A stretch of 32,601 nt of DNA, from assembly GCA_004022145.1 (NCBI GenBank), contig RCNU01000038.1. One strand, written 5' to 3'. Within the stretch, counting starts at the first letter, position 1; every line of letters starts with the position of its first letter. The stretch is from Paecilomyces variotii (Eukaryota). Of the stretch, positions 23,788 through 32,601 are shown piece by piece. The position numbers and the translations under genes are program-made. The notes beneath the pieces are model-generated. The model was not told the DNA's origin, made no database searches, and worked only from the letters and a program-made list of their open reading frames with translations.

Positions 23788-25304
23788 GTATTTATATTTA
23801 CTAGTCTATTATTTCTAGAGTTATGCTATATTCTATATAGCGTTTTATTTTAGATTATAAAAAATAGATAGTATTTCTACTTTAGTATATATAGGGTATA
23901 GATAAGGATATTATTTGTATAATTATTATTAAGTTCTAGGTCTAGTCTAATAATACCTTCGCCTTTACTTTTACTTAGGATATTATTAGCATAGTTATAT
24001 TTATATTATTATTTTTCTTTACTAATAAAGTCTCTATATTTAATAAACTAGGACTTATTATTATATATATTTCTATATATTCCTAAGTCTGCTATTTAGC
24101 TAATAGGTAAGATAAGTATTATTAAAATTATTATCCTTATAAAACTGCTAAAATTCTTTTTTTTTATCTTATTTTTATAGATTAAAGTTAACTTTTTTTT
24201 AATTTAGCAAAGTCTAGATGCCCCTTAATAGGCGCTATTAGTTAAGGACTTCTTCCTTAAGATAATAGCAATTTATAGAGTTATATTTAAATATATAGTA
24301 ATATTTATATTTACTTTTAATAAACAGCTTCTTCTCTTATATCTTATAAGCAAAGTCTAGAGAATCTTTACCTAGAGGTAGACCCTTTAATAATCTATTT
24401 AACTATCTGGTCTCTTAGATAGAAGTCTTATTTATAAATATAGCTAGGACTGCTTAAGCACTCTTATAAGATCTTACTTAATTAATAGCTTTAAAGCTAA
24501 ATTGCTGGAATTCCTCTATTATTATATTAATTAGGGGTTTAATTTATTAAGCCTATTTAATATAATAGGAGTTAGTCTAAGCTAATATTTTAAATTTAAG
24601 CTATTTAAATATTAGTATTGCTGCACTAAAGGGCGAGAGAGTTAAGCTTATATTATTTAATTTTATTATGCGATCTCTAAATTTAGTAATATATTATTTA
24701 ATTATTTTATATTGGGATTTAGTTATAGTAATAGCTTACTAGAATATAAAAAGTCTGCCTAAAGCTAAGCTGCAGTTAATAATCTTTTTAATTGCTTTAA
24801 TATACTTATCTATATAGATTAGCTTATTTAGCATAATTTTTATAGTTTTAATTAGCTTATAGTCTATCTAACTATTGATTTAGCTCTTTACTATTAAGCT
24901 AAGCTTTCTTTATATCTTATAGACTTTAGCTTTATCTTAAAATATAGGTCTTTTAATAGATATATTAATTAGGTCTTTATAATTTATTATTTAAGGACTT
25001 CTTTAATTAGCTAGAGTTAATTATTAAAGTTGCTATTATTAATTAATTATTTAGCTATTATAAGTATTTTATCTTATATAGTTTTTAGCAGCTTTAATCT
25101 TTAATAAGTTGTGACTACTAGAGCTATTAAAGGAGTTAACACTAAAGATAGGATTATTATCTTAAAGGATTAGTCTATTTAAGGGTAAAGATCTATTAGT
25201 TTAACTCCTTATCTTAGGTATTATTTTTAATTAAAAAATTAAAACTCTAAGGTATCTGGCTTATCTATTTGAAATAATAATAAGGCTAAGCCGGGCTTAT
25301 AACT

Positions 25305-25441
25305 TCTTAAAGCTGATAAAGATATTTAATTAAAGAAGCTATTTAGGGGGGAGCTAAACTAATCTATCTAGCTATTACTTTGCTGACTAAGCTAATTACT
25401 AGCGCGGGCGACTACTACTAGAGCCCCTAGAGGCACTAAAA
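25305..25441 (-). repeat. Copia-F 5' LTR (137 bp)
   Basis: Direct repeat of 19937-20073, immediately followed on the minus strand by the PBS. Confidence 0.92.
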
Positions 25442-27568
25442 ATATATTATAATTAAAGGCTTTTATAGCTATAATATTATTATTAAAAATTTAAATTATC
25501 TTTAATAATTTATTTTTTAAAGCTATTAATTTTAATAAATAGTAATAAAAATTATTTTTATCTAGGTATAAAATTTTTAATAATAAGATAAAATAGGCTA
25601 ATATTAAATATAAAATAGATATATATTAAAATAAATAAGTTAAGCTAATAAATATATAGGCTAATAACCTTAATAATATAAAATAAGCTAAAATAGTAAA
25701 ATTCTTCTAGTTAAATTTCTTCTAAGAATATTAAATATAAATATTCTAAGTATTTAATTAAATAAATTATCTTATATAATAATAATAAGCTAAAATTTAA
25801 TAATAATTAATTTACTCTTTATAATAAGCTTAAATAATATAAATCTAAATATAGATATAATTTATAATATCTTATATCTTTTTAATAAAGGCTTTAATAT
25901 CTTTAATAATAAGCTAATTTATAGGCTAAATAAACTTAAATCTTATATATAGATAAAATTTATAATTAAAAAAAAAAGTAATATTTAATAGTCTTAGAAT
26001 AATAAGAGTTTAATATAAATTTAGCTAGAAATAGCTAATTAATCTAATTATTTTATAAATAGCTAATATAAGCATATAAATATTATTTTAAAATAGTATT
26101 TATCCTTTTAATTTAATTATTAGTCTTAGAGTAATAAATAATAAATAATAGGTTTATAATATTTAAATATTAAGTTAAGTATTTTTAAAAAGTAATAATA
26201 AATTAAAGATTTTAATTAAATATTATAATCTTTAATAGCTTATAAAGCTTCTATATATAATAAATATATAATTATATTACTTTTTTAATATTATAAATAG
26301 CTTAATAAAGAATAAAATACTTTATCTTTATAAATTAATCTATAATAACTAATATAATATTATAATCTTAATAAAATATAAATCTAATAATAAAATCTAT
26401 TAAAATATCTTATTAAAAGTATTTAAGAATAAAGAGCTAATATAAAACTTTTTAATAGCCTTTATTTAAAAATATAATATAATAATAAATATAATAATTC
26501 TAGGTTTAATAATTTATATATTAATATATATTTAGCTAATAATATTTTTATAAGATTAAGTTATAAAGCTTATATTTTTTAAGATATTTAAATATATATT
26601 TATTATAATATTCTTATAATAAATAAGCTTTTAACTTATTATAATTAAGAATATATAAATAGTTTTTATAATATAAATATCTTCTTCTTTATTAATAATT
26701 AATTAATATAATCTTAAGATAATAATTAGCTTTATAGTCTAAGGCTTATAAAATAGACTATATTAAGTTATTAAATAAATAAGCTATATTTAATAAGTCT
26801 TTAATATTAAATAATATTTTAATTTATTAAGTATAATAGAAAAATTTAACTAATTTTATTTAATAAATAAAGCTATTTTTTTAATAAATAAAATAATTTT
26901 TTTAATAAGTTAAATTATTTCTTTAATAAGTTAAATAATTTTAATAAACTAATTAAATAATAAGATAAACTAAATAAATTTTTTAAGCTAAATAATTTAA
27001 TTTCTTAAAATAAATTAAGTAAATATTCTTATAAATTTAATAAGATTTTTAATCTTTTAAGCTATTAAATTAATAAAATAAATATATCTTATTATTTAAT
27101 TCTTAATAATAGCTTTTAATTTTAGAGATTTTTAAATTTATAAATTAAGATTTTCTTTTTTTAAGACTATTTAGCTTTAATATTATAGCTATTTATTCTC
27201 TTTTTTAAAAAGATCTTCTAATCTCTTAATTAAAGTATTAAGCTTTATTCTTTATTTTTTAAAATAATATATAATTTAAAAATTAAATTAAGATAAGAAT
27301 TTAAATTAATAGATTTATTATTAGTTTAATAGCTTAATTAATATAAAATATTTTAGATTATAATAGTTTATAATAACTTTAATTAGTAATAATATATTTT
27401 TAAGCTTAAAGTATTACTCTTTAAAATAATAAATAATTATTAATAATTTTTTATTATAAATCTTATAATTATATTTTATAATAAAAGGTTTTTTTAAAAA
27501 AAATATAATAAAATATTAGATTTCTTTATTATTATATTAAAATATAATTTTAATTAATATATAGTTAG

Positions 27569-30500
27569 TATTAAGGTACAGGCTTAGGAAGCAGGTTAAA
27601 ATAAATAGAATAAAGTAGTTAATACTAAGACTAGCTATAGAATCTTTATCTAGCTAATTTAAACTAGAATAAGCTATTATAGATAAGCTTAATAAATAAA
27701 ATATAGCTTAAGAAGCTTAAATTTAAATTAAGCTATATATTAAAGATATCTTTATAAGATTATATAATTCCTTATATAATTTAAAAGAGTTTAAACCTTA
27801 TTTTTTTAAGTTAAATAAGTTTTAACTAGTAGGTTAATTATCCTATTAAAATACCTTAAAGTAGCTTTTCTTAAAATTTTCTTATCTCTTATACTAGTAC
27901 TATAATAATACTCTCCTTTTTAAGGTTAAGCTTTATTAAGACTATTTCTAGGCTTTAGCTTATTTAAATAATAATAATAGAAATTTATAATAATCTTTTA
28001 AATATATTATAGATAATATATAGACTCTTTAATTAAATTATTATAACTTAATTACTTAATAATATATTATAGTTAAAGGTCTTTATAACTATAATATTTT
28101 TATTAGAAGTTTAAGATATTTTTAATAATTTATTTCTTAAGGCTATTAACTTTAATAAATAATAGTAAAGATTATCTTTATTTAAATATAAGATCTCTAA
28201 TAATAAAGTAAAGTAGGCTAATATTAAATATAAGATAGATATATATTAAAGTAAGTAAGTTAAGCTAATAAATATATAGGTTAATAATCTTAATAATATA
28301 AAATAGGCTAAGATTCTTTTAGTTAAATTTCTTCTAAAAGTATTAAATATAAATATTTTAAATATTTAATTAAATAGATTATTTTATATAATAGTAGTAA
28401 GCTAAAGTTTAATAATAATTAATCTACTCTTTATAATAGGCTTAAATAATATAAATCTAAGTATAGATATAATTTATAATATTTTATATTTTTTTAATAA
28501 AGGCTTTAATATCTTTAATAATAAGCTAATTTATAAGCTAAATAGGCTTAAATCTTATATATAGATAGAACTTATAATTAGTAAAAAAAGATAATACTTT
28601 AATAATCTTAAAATAGTAGAAATTTAATATAAATTTAATTAAAGATAATTAGTTAATTTAATTATCTTATAAATAGCTAATATAAATATATAGATATTAT
28701 TTTAAAATAATATTTATTCTCTTAATTTAATTATTAATTTTAAAGTAATAAGTAGTAAATAATAAGTTTATAATATTTAAATATTAAGTTAAGTATTTCT
28801 AGAAAGTAATAATAAATTAAAGCCTTTAGTTAAATATTATAGTCTTTAATAGCCTATAAAGCTTCTATATATAGTAAATATATAATTATATTATTTTTTT
28901 AATATTATAAATAGCTTAATAGAAAATAAAATATTTTATCTTTATAAGTTAATCTATAATAACTAATATAATATTATAATCTTAGTAAAATATAAGTTTA
29001 GTAATAAAATCTATTAAAATATCTTATTAAAAGTATTTAAGAATAAAGAGCTAATATAAAACTTTTTAGTAGCCTTTATTTAAGAGTATAATATAATAGT
29101 AAATATAATAATTTTAAGTCTAATAATCTATATATTAATATATATTTAGCTAATAATATTTTTATAAAATTAAGTTATAAAGCTTATATTTTCTAAGATA
29201 TTTAAATATATACTTATTATAGTATTCTTATAATAAGTAAGCTTTTAGCTTATTATAGTTAAGAATATATAAATAGTCTCTATAATATAAGTATTTTTCT
29301 CTTTATTAATAATTAGCTAATATAATCTTAGAGTAATAATTAGCTTTATAGTCTAAGGCTTATAAAATAGATTATATTAAGTTATTAAATAAATAAGCTA
29401 TATTTAATAAGTTTTTAATATTAAATAAATATTTTAGTTTATTAAATATAGTAGAGAAACTTAGCTAGTCTTATTTAATAAATAAGGCTATTTTTTTAAT
29501 AGGCTAAATAATCTCTTTAATAGGCTAAATTATTCTTTTAATAAGTTAAATAATTTTAATAGACTAGTTAAGTAATAAGGTAAATTAAATAAGTTCTTTA
29601 AGCTAAATAATTTAATTTTTTAAAATAAGTTAAATAAGTATTTTTATAAATTTAGCGGGGTTTTTAACCTTTTAAGCTATTAAGTTAGCAAAGTAAATAT
29701 ATCTTATTATTTAACTCTTAATAATAGCTTTTAGTTTTAGAGATTTTTAAATTTATAGGTTAAAGTTTTTTTTTTTTTTAAAACTGTCTAATTTTAATAT
29801 TATAGCTATTTATCTCTTTCTTTAAAAAATTTTTTTAATCTCCTAGTTAAAGTATTAAGCTTTATTTTTTATTTTCTAGGATAGTATATAATTTATAAGT
29901 TAAACTAAGATAGAAACTTAAATTAATAAGCCTATTATTAATTTAGTAGCTTAATTAATATAAAGTATTTTAAGTTATAGTAGTTTATAATAACTTTAAT
30001 TAGTAATAATATACCTTTAAGCTTAAGACGCTATTCTTTAAAGTAGTAAATAATTACTAGTAGTTCTTTATTATAAATCTTATAATTATACTTTATAGTA
30101 AAGAGTTTTTTTAAGAAAAATATAATAAAATATAGAATTCTTTTATTATTATATTAAGATATAACTCTAGTAAATATATAATTAAATAAATTAGTTTTAA
30201 TTATAATCTTATAGGTCTAGTTAAATAGCTTTAAAATTAAGGCTTAAATAAATATTTTTTAAGGCTTTAAAATTAAACTAATAAGTAATTATTTAATTAA
30301 AGAGAACTTCTTTTTAAGTTAAATTTATAAATTATATAATTATCTTAAAAAAATTATAAATAAACTAATAATAAAAGTTATTAAATTTAATAAAGGCTTA
30401 TATATTAATTATATAAGTTAGGGTCTTCTATTTAGTAATTATTTTTACCTTATTTAAGTTTATTTTAATATAGTCCTAGCTAATAATAATACTTAAGAAC

Positions 30501-30690
30501 TTAGTCTTAAAGATAATAAACTTATACTTCTAGATTTTTATATATAAGCTTACTTTATATAGCTTCTATAAAATAGTATAAATATATTAAATATATTTAG
30601 AATAAGTTATATTATATATTAAGATATTATTAAAGTATATAATATAAAAGATATTAAGGTAATTTTATAGAATATTATTAATAAACTATT
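27569..30690 (-). mobile_element. Ty3/Gypsy chromovirus family E, copy 2 (RT C-terminus, RNase H, integrase, chromodomain, PPT, 3' LTR 27569-27907)
   Basis: Minus-strand de-RIP readings: YLDDILIYS (~30637-30611), ETD.SDY..GV.SQY....LHPVAFFSKK....NYEIYDKELLAII.CF.EWR (~30198-30027), RQARWSEFL..YRPGK..KPDALTRR (~29936-29838), HPG..K.Y.LI.RKYYWP and WQDISIDFIT (~29200-29000), chromodomain EEW.VEDILDS..Y.VKW.GYD (~28138-28040). The PPT AAAAAGGAGAGTAT precedes the LTR. Confidence 0.92.
29478..29560 (-). repeat. Degenerate ~21-bp (7-codon) tandem repeat in the RNase H-integrase linker of Gypsy-E (also at ~26863-26945)
   Basis: TTTAATAGGCTAAATAATCTC-like unit repeated 3-4 times in both E copies. 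Confidence 0.7.
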
Positions 30691-32601
30691 TATTATAAAA
30701 TAGTAGTTAAGACTAGTAAATCTTAATATAATAAAGATTTCTTTTTAAAGAAATCTTTAAGAATAATTTTATTTTAGTAAAATTAAGCAGCTTAAAAAAA
30801 CTATTTCTTAAGCTTTATATATAAAATCTATTATCTTAAATAAAAATATATATATATATTTTATATCTATTATATATGCTAATATTCTTTCTCTTTAAGT
30901 ATTATTAGCCTTTTAAGCTATTTAATTAATCTAGGGAATTTTATCTAAACTTATTCTATTTAATTAATTATAAGCTTAGGTTTATAGTAACTTAAGAGAA
31001 ATAGCTATATAGTAAAAATTTTTCTATCTTAAATATTTAAGTTTAAACTAGTAGTAATAAGCTATTTTTATATAAGAGAACTTATAATAAGATTACTCTA
31101 ATATTATATTAAATATTAAATCTAATAAAAATTAAACTTTATTAAAGGTTAAAATATTAATCTATTATTACTATATCCTTAATAAATAATATTAAAAATA
31201 AGAAAAAAAACTTATTTTTACTCTTATAAAGGAGAATTATAAAAAATAGTTTATTTATATAAAAAGATAGCTTATTAATAAAGATTATTAAAGAATTATT
31301 AAGTTTATTAAAAAGCTATATAATAACTAATTTAATAAGGCTAATATAATTATTTAATACTAGATTATTAAGTATTTATTTAAAGATAACTAAGATAAAT
31401 TTATTAACTTTAATAATATATATATATTATAAGAGGCTCTATAAATAAAATATATAAAAATTCTCCTTAATTAAAAGCATTAACTTATTTAGTTATTTAT
31501 ATATTTTTAAATAACTCTTAAATAAATAATTTTAAATATTTAGAGTTAATTATAATAAATAGAAAAGAGAATTATAATATTTAATAGTATAATATCTTTT
31601 TTAGCTAAGCCTAAGATTAAAATATAATAATTGCTTTTAATATTACTTAAAGAATATATTATAATTAGAATAATAATTAATATATATAAAAATCTAAAGA
31701 TAGATAATATTCTAGCTATTTTAAAAGAAATAAAGACTTAACTTTAAATAAAACTAACTATTATATTCTTTATTAAGAATAAATAAACCTTAATTAAATA
31801 TTATATTTATAAGAAAGATTACTATATTAAAAATTATCTATTCTTATTTATTACTTAAAAAAATATAAGAAATAGCTAAAGATAAAGAAAGAAGTCTCTT
31901 AAATAAATATTTAATAGTCTTATTATTTAAGATAAAAAAATAATAGATTTAATTACTAAACTCTATAAAAAAGTTTAATCTTTAGAAAATAAAAGATTAA
32001 AAAATAAAAAGTATAAAGTATATAAGGTAGAAGAAACTTTAAACTCTAGAAAAAATTAATTTTAACTAAAATCCTTAACTTTATTTACTTTTAATAATTA
32101 AGTCTTATATAAGATTACTTATCTTTTAAAAGATATTATTAATAAGAATTTATCTTAATAATATATAGATAATAATATTAGTTTATATATAATTAATAAA
32201 AACTACTATTTTAAAGAATTATTAATTTAAATTTAATAGAGATATATTTATATAAGTAGAGAAATTCTATATTTAAAATATATAGAAATAGCTGCTTTAA
32301 AAGATAAGAATAAAAAAATATTAGACTTAGAAAATATATTATTTATATTAAACCTTAGAATAAATCTCTTATTAATTAAGATATTCTACTAGTAATTAAA
32401 TATATATAAGTGCTTTAATAAAAGAATAATATCTATATTAAATAAATTAAATAAGATTATAATTTAAGATACTATTAAATATAGAGTTTATATTATTAAA
32501 AGAGTTTTTTTAAATTAAATATTAGGTTATACTATATATTTAATATACTACTCCCTATTAAAGATACTCTTAATACTATAATTATAAATTAAAAAAAAGA
32601 T
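30691..32601 (+). mobile_element. Copia-A, 5' part (5' LTR 30691-30962, PBS 30966-30976, gag-protease relic), inserted in the RT of Gypsy-E copy 2; runs off the window
   Basis: The LTR matches 3138-3408 and is followed by PBS AATTATAAGCT. The internal region is collinear with the reverse complement of ~10700-12340. Position 32490 corresponds to position 1 of the first copy. Confidence 0.92.

Larger units (their letters stand above)
19937..25441 (-). mobile_element. Structurally complete Ty1/Copia retrotransposon family F (~4.98 kb without MITE-2), RIP-inactivated
   Basis: Two 137-bp LTRs (19937-20073, 25305-25441) and a 5-bp TSD ATATA (19932-19936, 25442-25446), confirmed against the empty site at ~28062. 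PBS AGTTATAAGCCC (25304-25293) and PPT GAAGGGGGTA (20083-20074). De-RIP motifs: PEGNG.SER (~22705-22678), ALYGLRKS (~21242-21219), IYVDDIL (~21110-21090), ADGLTK (20219-20202). Confidence 0.93.
19599..27568 (-). mobile_element. Ty3/Gypsy chromovirus family E, copy 1 (RNase H, integrase, chromodomain, partial 3' LTR 19599-19777), interrupted by Copia-F
   Basis: 19599-19936 joined to 25447-27568 is collinear with ~27728-30185. This copy is more heavily RIP-mutated than copy 2. Confidence 0.9.
1..32601. other. RIP-degenerated, AT-rich nested transposon compartment (probably heterochromatic) of a filamentous ascomycete
   Basis: TpA is pervasive and CpA/TpG are scarce. Repeat copies differ almost only by C/T and G/A. 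TAA/TAG stops replace Gln/Trp/Arg codons in otherwise recognisable TE motifs. Fungal-type short introns with CTAAC branch sites are present. Confidence 0.93.

Noticed and set aside
6790-25350. Scattered TTAGGG/CCCTAA words as telomeric repeats
   Set aside because: They are isolated single hexamers inside TE sequence, with no tandem array.
25685-25705. 8-bp insertion in Gypsy-E copy 1 relative to copy 2 as a transposon excision footprint
   Set aside because: It cannot be distinguished from slippage in low-complexity DNA.
1-32601. Organelle, Plasmodium-like or endosymbiont DNA read with an alternative genetic code
   Set aside because: Stops are TAA/TAG at Gln/Trp/Arg positions of TE motifs and paralogues differ by transitions. 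This fits RIP, not recoding. No rRNA, tRNA or housekeeping genes were seen.
32490-32601. Window end matches window start, suggesting a circle or tandem duplication
   Set aside because: The two stretches differ at many positions. They are separate Copia-A copies cut at a similar place.

Overview
This is an extremely AT-rich, TpA-saturated and CpA/TpG-depleted block with no intact gene that I can support. The pattern is typical of a repeat-induced point mutation (RIP) compartment of a filamentous ascomycete. Mentally reversing C>T/G>A changes resolves almost the whole window into nested transposon relics. These are: three partial copies of one Ty1/Copia family (Copia-A, ~271-bp LTRs); a structurally complete second Copia (Copia-F, 137-bp LTRs with non-TG..CA ends and a 5-bp TSD); three chromodomain-bearing Ty3/Gypsy fragments from two families; a complete 6,979-bp Mutator-like element (MULE) with a 9-bp TSD; two ~0.5-kb MITEs with MULE-type TIRs and 9-bp TSDs; Fot1/pogo-type MITE copies; and a probable piggyBac transposase relic. 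The most interesting observation is a 147-bp (49-codon) tandem array downstream of the MULE DDE domain whose de-RIP consensus reads RGRGRPRGS, an AT-hook-like motif, seven times. The same MULE carries a second, convergent, intron-containing gene relic. Its MITE relatives have almost identical cores but RIP-diverged TIRs. All protein readings are by-eye de-RIP reconstructions, not database results, and internal domain boundaries are approximate.
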